Shown here: in pieces, positions 1 through 9,131 of the stretch
Layout: each line of letters begins with the position of its first letter
Position numbering within the stretch: position 1 is the stretch's first letter
Notes under the pieces: generated by a model
Databases searched by the model: none
Told to the model about the DNA's origin: nothing
The model's input: only the letters and a program-made list of their open reading frames with translations
From: Candidatus Nanoarchaeia archaeon
Lineage (GTDB): Archaea; Nanobdellota; Nanobdellia; WJKC01
Assembly (NCBI GenBank): GCA_041653515.1
Contig: JBAZFG010000001.1
Span: 74,332-138,331 of the forward strand
DNA: 64,000 bases
Reading direction: 5' to 3'
Program-made: the position numbers and the translations under genes

Positions 1-756
1 AAAGCAGTTTTAGAAGATGTTAGTTTGTTGAGGGATTCACTTGATACTGTTAGTAACTTCATTAATGAAGGAACGTTTACTTTGAGTAATAATGGCTTGT
101 CATTAGTGGCGATGGACCCTGCTAACGTGGCAATGGTCTTATATGACTTATTGGCAAGTGCTTTTGTTGAGTATGAATGCACGGCTGAGTCAAAATTAAC
201 AATTAATATTCCTTATTTAGTTTCAATCCTTAAGCGCTCAGGCGCTGGCGACCGAGTTGAGTTAAAATTACTTGATGGTAGTAACTCCATGACTATTAAG
301 ATGGTTGGCGATTCAACCCGTACTTTCACTTTGCCGTTGCTGGAAGCTCATGGCAGCGCGGTTAACCCACCAGCTAAATTAAGTGATGGCTTCAAGTCAG
401 AAGTTGAGGTAGAAGCGTCAGTCTTGCGTGAAGGCGCTAAGGATGCGTTAATGGTTAGTGACTGTGTTTTATTATCAAGCACTAATGACTCGTTTGTGAT
501 GAAAGCCTTGAGTGATACTAATGAAGTTAACTTACAGCTCGGCAAGGACTCGCCTAGCCTGTTAAGGCTTGAGTCAAAAGAGCCTGTGAAGAGCAAGTAC
601 TCATTGGAGTACATTGATAAGATGATGAAGGTTTCAAAGATTGTTAAGACAGTGACCATTAAATTCGCTAATGAGTACCCATTGCAACTTGATTACGCTG
701 CGATGGATAAACTAAAAGTCTCGTTCATCCTGGCGCCAAGAATAGACACTGAGTAA
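1..756 (+). CDS. pcna: DNA polymerase sliding clamp PCNA, 5'-partial (gene starts before the window)
   Basis: Protein matches archaeal PCNA from its N-terminal region (…KAVLEDVSLLRDSLDTVSNFINEGTF… in frame from position 1). The reading frame is open from base 1 and stops at TAA 756-758. Confidence 0.85.
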   Translation, partial: KAVLEDVSLLRDSLDTVSNFINEGTFTLSNNGLSLVAMDPANVAMVLYDLLASAFVEYECTAESKLTINIPYLVSILKRSGAGDRVELKLLDGSNSMTIKMVGDSTRTFTLPLLEAHGSAVNPPAKLSDGFKSEVEVEASVLREGAKDALMVSDCVLLSSTNDSFVMKALSDTNEVNLQLGKDSPSLLRLESKEPVKSKYSLEYIDKMMKVSKIVKTVTIKFANEYPLQLDYAAMDKLKVSFILAPRIDTE

Positions 757-2322
757 AATTTATAATAAAGTTTATTTTAATATTTTACAATGAATGAAGA
801 ATATTATAATTATTGTTTAAAAAATGAGTGCTTTACTAATACTGAATTTAGTGATTACCTTTATTTTAGAAAGATTCCTGATTATATCAAAAATGGGAAA
901 ATTAGGAATGGTTTAATTAAAATTCATAAGAAGTATATCAAATATGTTAAAAGTGAGAATTTTAGTTTTTTTGAAGAATTTAAAAAGTTTAAGATAAGTA
1001 CATCTGATAAATTAATTAAATTTAATGATTCTTTGTTAAAGTTAACAATTAATAAAGACGAATTAAAGTTTTTACTTGATGTTAAAATCTTTTTAGTTAT
1101 CTGCAAAAAAAGAATGGTTTGGCTTAAAAAAAATTTTGATAGTATATTTAATGATTTTAATGATTTCTTAATTGGTAATAAACTAGCTAAAAAGAAGCTA
1201 AAACCTATTGATTGGGGTTTTTTTAAATCAGTGGATTTTTCAGGCGCTTATGGCATGACTTCTCTTTTTTCAAATAAAACTTATTGGGGTCTTTTTTTAA
1301 TCTGCAGTCTTTTAGGATTAGGTGCTTTTAGTTTTGTTTTGTCTTTATTACAAAATTGGAGAAAAAAGTTTATCAGTATTGCTAATGATTTTGTTAGCAT
1401 TACTGATAATGGTGCTGTAAAAACAGGTGAAGTTAAATTACTTCAAGAAGGGACAATTGAATTAGTCTTGATTCATGAGCTCGCCCATTACTATTCAATA
1501 TCCATTTTAGAGACATTATATCAGACGGTTAAGGGTGGCTTAAAAAGATTTAAGGGTAAAGCAATTGATATCAATTCAGAGCAGGAGGGGCTGGCCGAAG
1601 CCTTTGCAATCAGTTTTGCTAAAGCAAAAGGGATAGATTATACTGAGTACTGGGATTGCTCAACTTTTGATTATAAAAGTTATTTTTTCGAAAGAGTTTT
1701 GAAATATGATTCAATTACTGCTATGAAGAAAGTCTTTAATTATGATGATTACAGAGCTTACTCTAAAGAGGTTGTTATTTACCTTGAGAATTTAAAAGTT
1801 GATAGTGAATATTTTAGTGAGAGAGTATCAAAAGGGGGCATATTGAACGGTTTTAAATTGATTAAATCTGGAAAAATGAAAGATGAAGATACTTTGCGTG
1901 TATTATTTGAGATAAAAGACTTATTTTTACGATTTAATCAATTCTTTAGATCATTGAGTTATTATTTAAGCGAAAACTCATATATTTTAAAAAGATTTTT
2001 ATGTGCTCTTGGGGTTACTAGAAATAAGGATTTTAAGAATTGTGTAGATGAATTACTTGGTTTGACTGAAAATCAATATTCTTTTTTAAAGAACAAGGAT
2101 CATAATACCTTTTTATCTGAAGATAACCAGATTACTTTTTTAAGTAATTTGAATAATTTAGTGCGTAAAGTTAATGAATTAGAAAAAAAGAAGTTAAATA
2201 TTGATGCTGACGTAATTAATATTGTTTTGAATGCTTTAAAAAATATTAAATTGTTATTGAAAGGTTAGTTTTTAAGATGGTAACAATATTTCTCTAGCGC
2301 CAAGAATAGACACTGAGTAAAA
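733..2322 (+). mobile_element. 1.54 kb AT-rich insertion flanked by a perfect 26-bp direct repeat (733-758 and 2297-2322) that duplicates the last 8 codons and stop of PCNA
   Basis: gcgccaagaatagacactgagtaaaa occurs twice and the second copy still encodes LAPRIDTE*. The interior is visibly more AT-rich than the flanks and carries one ORF (790-2268). Confidence 0.6.
790..2268 (+). CDS. hypothetical membrane-anchored protein with HExxH zinc-metallopeptidase-like motif (HELAHYY, downstream EGLAEAF); cargo of the insertion
   Basis: 492 aa ORF, Lys/Asn/Phe/Ile-rich with very low GC. It has one predicted TM helix (YWGLFLICSLLGLGAFSFVLSLL) and an HEXXH motif. Confidence 0.5.
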   Translation: MNEEYYNYCLKNECFTNTEFSDYLYFRKIPDYIKNGKIRNGLIKIHKKYIKYVKSENFSFFEEFKKFKISTSDKLIKFNDSLLKLTINKDELKFLLDVKIFLVICKKRMVWLKKNFDSIFNDFNDFLIGNKLAKKKLKPIDWGFFKSVDFSGAYGMTSLFSNKTYWGLFLICSLLGLGAFSFVLSLLQNWRKKFISIANDFVSITDNGAVKTGEVKLLQEGTIELVLIHELAHYYSISILETLYQTVKGGLKRFKGKAIDINSEQEGLAEAFAISFAKAKGIDYTEYWDCSTFDYKSYFFERVLKYDSITAMKKVFNYDDYRAYSKEVVIYLENLKVDSEYFSERVSKGGILNGFKLIKSGKMKDEDTLRVLFEIKDLFLRFNQFFRSLSYYLSENSYILKRFLCALGVTRNKDFKNCVDELLGLTENQYSFLKNKDHNTFLSEDNQITFLSNLNNLVRKVNELEKKKLNIDADVINIVLNALKNIKLLLKG

Positions 2323-2361
2323 GAAATTCTTATAATGCATTAGTCCTTTAATTAATATTTA

Positions 2362-2853
2362 ATGGGTTTGTTAAAGCAGTTATCATTGAAAAGGAAATTC
2401 AAGAAATTTGATTCTTTAGATTTATATGACTTAGTTCATAAGGGTATTAACCTTAAAGAGTTTGATGGACTTAAAATAGGCCGTCGGACTAACCGATTAG
2501 ATATTTTAGAATGGGTTTATAGGGATGCTGCGCCTGAATTAATTAATCAAGATGAGTTAACAGGCATGCTTAATTATTTTGAATTAAAATCACAAAAATC
2601 GTATGATGATTCACATTTATACTCTGACTTAAAACATGAGTTAACAATATGGAATGGTAGTGCAATCTCTTTGGCTGAGACAATTCACTCGCTTCATAAT
2701 AAAATGGTGCCTGTTGTTGAAGATTATATTATGAATAGAACTGTTAAGCGTTTCAGAGAGTTCTACCAGCAAGGCATTAGGGAGTATGATAATAATAAGT
2801 CATTTGATTTCCCTGACCCTGATTGGTGTTTTGACGGTCCGTGCACTTGCTAA
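2362..2853 (+). CDS. hypothetical protein (163 aa, Cys-rich C-terminus CFDGPCTC)
   Basis: ORF with coding-like composition and no recognisable family. Confidence 0.4.
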   Translation: MGLLKQLSLKRKFKKFDSLDLYDLVHKGINLKEFDGLKIGRRTNRLDILEWVYRDAAPELINQDELTGMLNYFELKSQKSYDDSHLYSDLKHELTIWNGSAISLAETIHSLHNKMVPVVEDYIMNRTVKRFREFYQQGIREYDNNKSFDFPDPDWCFDGPCTC

Positions 2854-2898
2854 GCCTGAATAACTTTTATATTAGGAGAATTAATTAAATCTTTAATC

Positions 2899-4536
2899 AT
2901 GAAAACAATTAAGGGTAATTTAGTTGATGTTGATAAGAATGAGATTTACCCTGTTATCATTAAGTATGATACTAAGGTGCGACAAATTAATCGCTTGAAT
3001 GAGCCTTGTGATAATTTCATCCTGCCCGGCTTGATTGACGCTCACATTCATATTGAGAGCACAATGCTCACGCCGAGCCGTTTTGCTGAAGTAGTTATCC
3101 CACATGGCACTGTGGCAACAGTCTCTGACCCGCATGAGATAGCTAACGTGGCAGGGGTTAAGGGGGTTAAGTTCATGATTCATGACTCGCCAAGAGAAAT
3201 GAAATTAAATTATACAGCACCCAGTTGTGTGCCTGCCACCCAGTTTGAGACTTCAGGTGCAGAACTTGATTCAAAAAAAGTCAAACAATTATTAAAACTA
3301 AAGCAAGTAGTCGCGCTCGGTGAAGTAATGAATTATCCTGGGGTGATTAATCGTGACCCTGAATTAATGCGCAAGATAAGATTTGCTCGTTTAGCTGGTA
3401 AAAGGGTTGATGGTCACGCGCCAATGCTAACTGGCTTAAACCTTGATAAGTATATTAGTGCTGGCATAACAACCGAGCATGAGTCAACCAGTTATAAGGA
3501 AGGGCTTGAGAAATTAAGGAAAGGTATGAAATTAATGATAAGACAGGGGTTCTCTGAGCATAACATGCCTGACTTAATTCAGTTAGCGCGCCAATACCCT
3601 GATGATTGTTTTATTGTCAGTGATGACCGACACGCGCCTGATTTAGTGAGAGGTCATATTGATGAATTATTACGGCAAGCAGTGGCTTTGGGTCTTGACC
3701 CATTAATAGCTGTTAAGTGCTGCACTAAGAACCCGTCAATTCATTACGGGTTGAATACTGGTTTAATAAGGGTTGGCTTATCAGCTGATTTCGTGGTGGT
3801 TAATGACTTATGCCACTTCTATGTTGAGCAAGTAATAATTAATGGCCAATTAGTGGCTGAAAAAGGTGAATGCTTGGTTAAGTTTAAACAACATAATTTT
3901 CCATTAAGAATTAATTATTACCCATTAAGGAGGGATGATTTTGTTATTAAAGCTGATAGTGATTTTGTTAACGCCCGCGTAATAGGTATAATTAGGCGTC
4001 AGATAATAACTAAGGATTTAACAATGCGATTAAAGGTTAAGAATGGTTTGTTAATGCCTGATGAAAGTAAGGGTGTTAGTTATCTGGCTGTTGTTAATCG
4101 TTATAAAAAAACTAGTCCTGCCATGGCTTTAGTTAAGGGCTTATGGGTTGACGGTGCTATTGCGAGCAGTGTTAGCCATGATAGTCATAATATTATTGTT
4201 ACAGGCAATGACCCTGATGACATGCTTAAAGCAGTTAGGTTAGTGATGCGTCACGGCGGCTTAGCTTTTGCCAGCGGCAAGAAATCCTTTGTTGTCCCGC
4301 TTGAAGTAGCTGGGTTAATGACTAATAAACCATTAAATAAATTACTTGATGAATTATCCACTATTAAGAAAATGGTGCGGTCAGCTGATTGCGCGCTTGC
4401 CTCACCGTTCATGCAATTAAGTTTCCTCGCGTTACTAGTTATTCCTGAATTAAAACTAAGTGATAAAGGCTTGTTTGATGCTAAACGTTTTTGTTTAATT
4501 AAGCCCGAACAACGATTTAAAGAAATTAATGATTGA
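2899..4536 (+). CDS. ade: adenine deaminase (amidohydrolase superfamily)
   Basis: LIDAHIHIES…PHGTVATVSDPHEIANV metal-binding motifs typical of adenine deaminase, with a ~545 aa length. Confidence 0.85.
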   Translation: MKTIKGNLVDVDKNEIYPVIIKYDTKVRQINRLNEPCDNFILPGLIDAHIHIESTMLTPSRFAEVVIPHGTVATVSDPHEIANVAGVKGVKFMIHDSPREMKLNYTAPSCVPATQFETSGAELDSKKVKQLLKLKQVVALGEVMNYPGVINRDPELMRKIRFARLAGKRVDGHAPMLTGLNLDKYISAGITTEHESTSYKEGLEKLRKGMKLMIRQGFSEHNMPDLIQLARQYPDDCFIVSDDRHAPDLVRGHIDELLRQAVALGLDPLIAVKCCTKNPSIHYGLNTGLIRVGLSADFVVVNDLCHFYVEQVIINGQLVAEKGECLVKFKQHNFPLRINYYPLRRDDFVIKADSDFVNARVIGIIRRQIITKDLTMRLKVKNGLLMPDESKGVSYLAVVNRYKKTSPAMALVKGLWVDGAIASSVSHDSHNIIVTGNDPDDMLKAVRLVMRHGGLAFASGKKSFVVPLEVAGLMTNKPLNKLLDELSTIKKMVRSADCALASPFMQLSFLALLVIPELKLSDKGLFDAKRFCLIKPEQRFKEIND

Positions 4537-6003
4537 GTCAAGAATTGTTGGTTGTGATAATGCTTCCAGTTCAGCGAACTCATCATACTCAGCTGATAGT
4601 GAGTCACTCGCCCCAACCATTGTCGGCGCTCTTTCAGCATTAAGGCTGGACGCTTGGTCAACACCTTTCAGTAAGTAGTAGTAAACATTGCCTGTAACAC
4701 TCATGTTTAATTCCCAGTCACTGGTTGTGATATAAGGGTTAATAAAATCCCTTAATTTTTCAACAGCTAGCGTCATGTTATTATCATCAAGGGTTACTGA
4801 TGAGTAAACCCTATCATTAGTTATAACAAAATTACTGCCCCAATAATAAGGTCGTAATAATAATTCATCATCACTAATGCTTCTAACACCGGTCTCAGGC
4901 GCGAACACTTGAATGTAGGGCTCTGTTATCGTAACTTGATAATTATCTTTATAATAAAAAGTATTCATTATATCCTTGCTTGAATCAAAATCACTTAATA
5001 GTGCTGTGTTAAAATTAAAGTTATCAATAATCACTTCACCCTGCAATGAGTAATCATCGCTTGTTAGAGTCAGGCTGTAACCAGGGAAGTACTCATTGAG
5101 CACTGAATTAACCCAGTCACTGATTTTTTGCGCATCAAGTTCCTCACCATAAGCGCTGGCAACTATTTTTCCTTTAGCGCCGATAATGCCATAAACATTC
5201 AGGTAAGCCTGGTCATTATAAGCTGAGAAATAAACTCTTGTTTTGTCCTTGTAAATACCATAACAATTAGTGTCAATTTCAGGATAATAATAATCCCTCA
5301 TGCTTAAGTCACAATTAAGGCTTGTTGATAATGAAGCTAAATCATAACTGCCAGTTGAGTAACCAGTGAATAAGTACTTGACTTCATCGCTGAAGTAATT
5401 AACGTAATCAACACTGCTAACAACGAATTCTTTAATCATTGAAGTGCTGGTCTTAATAACAATTGAGCAATAATCATTATTAAAATATTTTTCACCATTA
5501 AGTGTTTCATAATAACTTCTTAATTCATCGCAGTCACCGCTTAATTGAATGTAATACTCATCGTTTGTCCCATTAACAACGTAATCAGCGTATTTTTCTT
5601 TTAATGAATAACCAATCATATTCATTTCTCTGTCGTTAAATAAGACACTATAATCATTAGTGCTTGAAGTGTAGAATGAAGCGCTCACTGACTTACCAGT
5701 AATGCTTGACTCACTTTCCTTGAACAAGAAATTAATGTTAATGCTCTGGTAATCGCCATAAGAGTAACAGTAAGAATTAGTCACGTTGCTAAATGCGTAA
5801 GGGCTCATGTTTAATTCTTCAATTAACGGGCCTTTTATTGATTCAATGAAAACCGGTGAAACATTGCACTCACTCTCAACGCCTCTTGAATCAACTGAGA
5901 TTAATGCAGGGCTTGATGCGGTTGATTCAGCTAAGACAACGCTCATTAACATCAAAATAATTAGCAAGACTGCTTTTCTCATAGTTTTAGTAGTAATCAG
6001 CAC
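4495..6003 (-). CDS. secreted Tyr/Ser/Asn-rich protein with N-terminal signal peptide
   Basis: MRKAVLLIILMLMSVVLAESTASS signal peptide, followed by a 502 aa low-complexity extracellular-like sequence. Convergent 42-nt overlap with ade. Confidence 0.5.
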   Translation of the reverse strand: MLITTKTMRKAVLLIILMLMSVVLAESTASSPALISVDSRGVESECNVSPVFIESIKGPLIEELNMSPYAFSNVTNSYCYSYGDYQSININFLFKESESSITGKSVSASFYTSSTNDYSVLFNDREMNMIGYSLKEKYADYVVNGTNDEYYIQLSGDCDELRSYYETLNGEKYFNNDYCSIVIKTSTSMIKEFVVSSVDYVNYFSDEVKYLFTGYSTGSYDLASLSTSLNCDLSMRDYYYPEIDTNCYGIYKDKTRVYFSAYNDQAYLNVYGIIGAKGKIVASAYGEELDAQKISDWVNSVLNEYFPGYSLTLTSDDYSLQGEVIIDNFNFNTALLSDFDSSKDIMNTFYYKDNYQVTITEPYIQVFAPETGVRSISDDELLLRPYYWGSNFVITNDRVYSSVTLDDNNMTLAVEKLRDFINPYITTSDWELNMSVTGNVYYYLLKGVDQASSLNAERAPTMVGASDSLSAEYDEFAELEALSQPTILDSIINFFKSLFGLN

Positions 6004-6074
6004 TGTTATTTAAATTATACATATACTTTTGTTCATAACAAGCTATTTTAATAACTATTGAGTATAATCTCTTT

Positions 6075-6353
6075 ATGTTATCAAACATACCAATTGACTT
6101 GAAGAAAGTCAGTAGTAACAGCATTGATAAGGAAGTCCTGCGCCTTGGCATGATTGCTGAGCTTGACGCTGTCAGCTTATACGAGCAATTAGCTGCTATG
6201 GCTACTAATAATAAAGTAAAGAAAGTGCTTCTTGACATTGCTAAAGAAGAGAAAACTCATATGGGCGAGTTCCAAACACTATTGTTAGGGCTTGATAAAG
6301 AGCAGGAACAAGAGTTAAAGAACGGCGAGAAAGAAGTTAAAAGCCTAACATAA
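6075..6353 (+). CDS. small ferritin-like/rubrerythrin-type diiron-motif protein (EncFtn-like, 92 aa)
   Basis: AELDAVSLYEQ … AKEEKTHMGEF (E…EExxH) ferritin-like iron-ligand pattern. Confidence 0.5.
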   Translation: MLSNIPIDLKKVSSNSIDKEVLRLGMIAELDAVSLYEQLAAMATNNKVKKVLLDIAKEEKTHMGEFQTLLLGLDKEQEQELKNGEKEVKSLT

Positions 6354-6388
6354 GAGTTTTTAAACCACTGTGGATAATCTTTTTAATT

Positions 6389-7069
6389 ATGAAATTAGGT
6401 ATTTTATTCTCTGGCGGTAAGGATTCAACTCTAGCTTTGCTTAAAGCAAGAAAACAACATGAAATTGCTTGTCTTATTAGCGTTGTGTCAAGAAACCCTG
6501 ATAGTTATATGTTCCACGTCCCAAACATTCATTTAACACAGCTCCAATCAGAAGCGTTAAGCATTCCGTTATTAACACAAGAGACAAAGGGTGTTAAGGA
6601 ATTAGAGTTAGCTGACTTAAGAAAAGCATTCATTAAAGCCAAAACGGATTATGGTATTGAGGGAATTGTAACTGGCGCTATCAGGTCAGTTTATCAGGCG
6701 AGCCGCGTCCAGCGCTTATGTGATGAGCTTGGTTTATGGTGTTTTAATCCTTTATGGCTGATTGACCAGTTAGAGCTGCTTAACGAAACATTGCTTAATG
6801 GTTTTAAAACCATTATTTCAGGCGTGGCTGGTTACCCTTTTACTAAGGATTTTCTTGGCCAAATAATTGATGAAGGAATTATTAGTAAATTAAAGTCTTT
6901 TCAAGAAAAATTCCTTATTAACCCCGCTGGTGAAGGCGGTGAGCTTGAGACAACAGTTCTTGACTGCCCATTATTCAGTAAGCAAATAGAAATATTGGAT
7001 AGTGATACTTCATTTGATAATTACGCTGGTGTTTTTAATGTAAATAAAGCAAGGTTGGTGAGTAAATGA
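6389..7069 (+). CDS. dph6: Dph6-like diphthine-ammonia ligase / MJ0570-family PP-loop ATP pyrophosphatase
   Basis: SGGKDS PP-loop, EGGELET motif, ~226 aa; collinear with the MJ0570 family. Confidence 0.75.
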   Translation: MKLGILFSGGKDSTLALLKARKQHEIACLISVVSRNPDSYMFHVPNIHLTQLQSEALSIPLLTQETKGVKELELADLRKAFIKAKTDYGIEGIVTGAIRSVYQASRVQRLCDELGLWCFNPLWLIDQLELLNETLLNGFKTIISGVAGYPFTKDFLGQIIDEGIISKLKSFQEKFLINPAGEGGELETTVLDCPLFSKQIEILDSDTSFDNYAGVFNVNKARLVSK

Positions 7070-7509
7070 TTTTATTAATTAATACTTGCGCTGATAAGTT
7101 AAGCGAGCACGAATTTGTTAAGCCAATCAAAGCATTAGTTCATGATGAGTGTTTCATTAAGCATTACTCTGAATTAACTAATAATGATTTATTGGTTGCT
7201 GATAAAATAATTATTTGCGGCACAGCGCTAATGGATTTTGATTACCTTAAAGGTGATTGGTCATGGATTAAAGCTTTTAATAAACCAGTGTTGGGCATCT
7301 GCGCCGGCTTCCAAGTGATTGCCCTGGAACTAGGCAAGGAACTAGTTGATAAGAAAATGATTGGGGTCTTTGACCATAATTATTTTGTTACCTCAAAACT
7401 AGTTGAGGGTGGCGTTACTGAATTAAGGCAGGGCTTATTCACTGCTTACGCTTTCCATCCTGAAGTCCTTAACCCTGAGCTTATTTCAGGATTCTGCCGG
7501 TCTCAATAA
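7066..7509 (+). CDS. class I glutamine amidotransferase domain protein (short, 147 aa)
   Basis: GICAGFQ nucleophile-elbow Cys and FHPE His-Glu motif. ATGA 4-nt overlap with the upstream PP-loop gene. Confidence 0.6.
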   Translation: MILLINTCADKLSEHEFVKPIKALVHDECFIKHYSELTNNDLLVADKIIICGTALMDFDYLKGDWSWIKAFNKPVLGICAGFQVIALELGKELVDKKMIGVFDHNYFVTSKLVEGGVTELRQGLFTAYAFHPEVLNPELISGFCRSQ

Positions 7510-8086
7510 ACCAGAGAACCAAATCCAGTTCCGCTAAATTACTTCCTAATAACTTTAATTGTTCTTCAATCAGCAAGTAATTATTCTTGTTTAAGACTTT
7601 TGGCTTCTTTATTATTCCTTCCCGTTCAAGCAGGTCAAGTATGTGAAAATCAATTATTGCCACGTTATTAAAACCAATGTTTCTCATGAAGTGGCTTGCT
7701 TCTTTCATACCTAAACCCTTGACGTTCTTAACTAACCACTCGCGTAATTCTGGTTCATTAAGAGAACTTATTCTTTCTTTTAGTTGTTCTATTACTTTTC
7801 TTGCTCCAATAATGAACTCAGCTCTCTTATTTGGGAACCGGTGGCTTAATTCCTTAAGTCTTAATGATAATTCCTCTTGACTTAATTCAAGGAACCCATT
7901 ACCAATTAACTTTTGAATCCGAATGGACCGTTCAGCATTAAAATTAGCTGTTAATAAACAAAAGCATAATTCATTGAATAATTTCTTACTGCTGGCTTTT
8001 TTAAGAACTTGAAACTCGCTTAAACGCTGTTTAAGTAATCCATCTTGTTTAACTCTCACTTTTTGCATTTTTTCAAGCAGGCTCAT
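7481..8086 (-). CDS. ogg: 8-oxoguanine DNA glycosylase/AP lyase, archaeal Ogg2-type (HhH-GPD)
   Basis: ~200 aa; HhH segment LGMKEASHFMRNIG…DFHI and size match archaeal Ogg. Confidence 0.6.
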   Translation of the reverse strand: MSLLEKMQKVRVKQDGLLKQRLSEFQVLKKASSKKLFNELCFCLLTANFNAERSIRIQKLIGNGFLELSQEELSLRLKELSHRFPNKRAEFIIGARKVIEQLKERISSLNEPELREWLVKNVKGLGMKEASHFMRNIGFNNVAIIDFHILDLLEREGIIKKPKVLNKNNYLLIEEQLKLLGSNLAELDLVLWFIETGRILK

Positions 8087-8640
8087 TTCTTAACCTCAAC
8101 TACTTTTTTGTTTGGGAAGCAGGCTTCGTAGAGTAATGTGCCTGTTAATTTGGGAACTTTGATTTTTTTATTAACCCACTTATTGCCTTTGCGGTAACTC
8201 ATGATTCCTTTGATAAACAGATTATAAGCGCCTTCAACGCAACTGTCATACTTCCGTGATTTTAACAGCAGTTCCCCGGCGAATAATAATTCCTTGTCTT
8301 TCAAGTGCTTGTTAATGAAATCATTTAATTGCTTGGCTGCCTGTTCTTGTTTGTTATAATCATTAGTTATGCTCATCGGCACTGGGTCGCCGCGTGGCGT
8401 AATTATCAACTCGGTTTTTTTTGGTTTCACTTTGCTTAACCAAGCCTTAGTCTCACTTTCAGCTTCCTTTGAAGTGAACACTAATGAGTCATATTCCTTT
8501 AATGCTTTCTTAACGTTGGTTAAGTAACGCTTGTATGAACCCTTAAGGTTTTTATTAATCTTGAAAGTCCATTTATTAGTAAGTTCTTCTTTGAGCAGGT
8601 CACCGCTGTAACCAGGGTGAATCAGGATTAATAGTTTCAT
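8083..8640 (-). CDS. hypothetical protein (185 aa)
   Basis: ORF overlapping ogg by 4 nt. No family recognised. Confidence 0.4.
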   Translation of the reverse strand: MKLLILIHPGYSGDLLKEELTNKWTFKINKNLKGSYKRYLTNVKKALKEYDSLVFTSKEAESETKAWLSKVKPKKTELIITPRGDPVPMSITNDYNKQEQAAKQLNDFINKHLKDKELLFAGELLLKSRKYDSCVEGAYNLFIKGIMSYRKGNKWVNKKIKVPKLTGTLLYEACFPNKKVVEVKK

Positions 8641-8675
8641 AAACTAAAATTAAAAAAATAGGAGTTAAAATAGTT

Positions 8676-9056
8676 TTATGCTTGCCATAAGCCATGAATG
8701 TTGCATAATTCTCGTGCAGTAACTTTGGTTGCTTTAATGCAGAACGTTGCTTCAGGTTTATCGCCTGGTTTTAAATGCTTGCGGTAAACAATGTTGTCAG
8801 CGATTAATTCAATCCACTCAATGTAATGTTTCTCTTCCATTGGGTGCATTACTGAGCCAACCTTAATCTTGTAGCCATCAATGGTTTGCTCAATCACTGG
8901 CACATGCTTTTCAGCCCCAACATCTTTTATTTTCTCTTGTTTTAGTTCCATTGGTTGGCCGCAACAAACCAGTTCGCCAACACCTTTATGAATTACTTCA
9001 ACAATATTCCCGCAGACATTGCACTTATAGACTTGTTTAATTTCAGTCATAATCAA
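8676..9056 (-). CDS. dfx: desulfoferrodoxin (superoxide reductase, 2Fe-SOR)
   Basis: N-terminal CxxC…CC desulforedoxin-like site plus EKHVP / [17 protein letters not shown] centre; ~125 aa. Confidence 0.85.
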   Translation of the reverse strand: MIMTEIKQVYKCNVCGNIVEVIHKGVGELVCCGQPMELKQEKIKDVGAEKHVPVIEQTIDGYKIKVGSVMHPMEEKHYIEWIELIADNIVYRKHLKPGDKPEATFCIKATKVTARELCNIHGLWQA

Positions 9057-9131
9057 TTATTATAACAAAAATCTTTATAAAACTCTTTATTGCAGTTATA
9101 TTAATAAAAACTAATTATATTAATTAATCAA

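Noticed and set aside
348-659. Antisense ORFs nested within well-supported genes (for example 348-659, 924-1106, 2920-3183, 4251-4664, 5807-6013, 5987-6238, 7677-7880, 9128-9595, 9596-9784, 10315-10542, 13599-13847, 14338-14622, 14748-14975, 21940-22439, 24099-24446, 25521-25730, 26775-27486, 29326-30273, 32304-32510, 33094-33360, 42431-42625, 43386-43676, 45263-45564, 46974-47297, 53433-54128, 54907-55176, 56779-57078, 58696-58878, 59189-59875)
   Set aside because: They are fully embedded in, or antisense to, genes with clear homology-like signatures. They have low-complexity translations and no independent support.
759-2296. Terminal inverted repeats or a transposase for the PCNA-associated insertion
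   Set aside because: I compared the two ends by eye and found no inverted repeats, and no transposase-like ORF is present. It is therefore not called an IS element.
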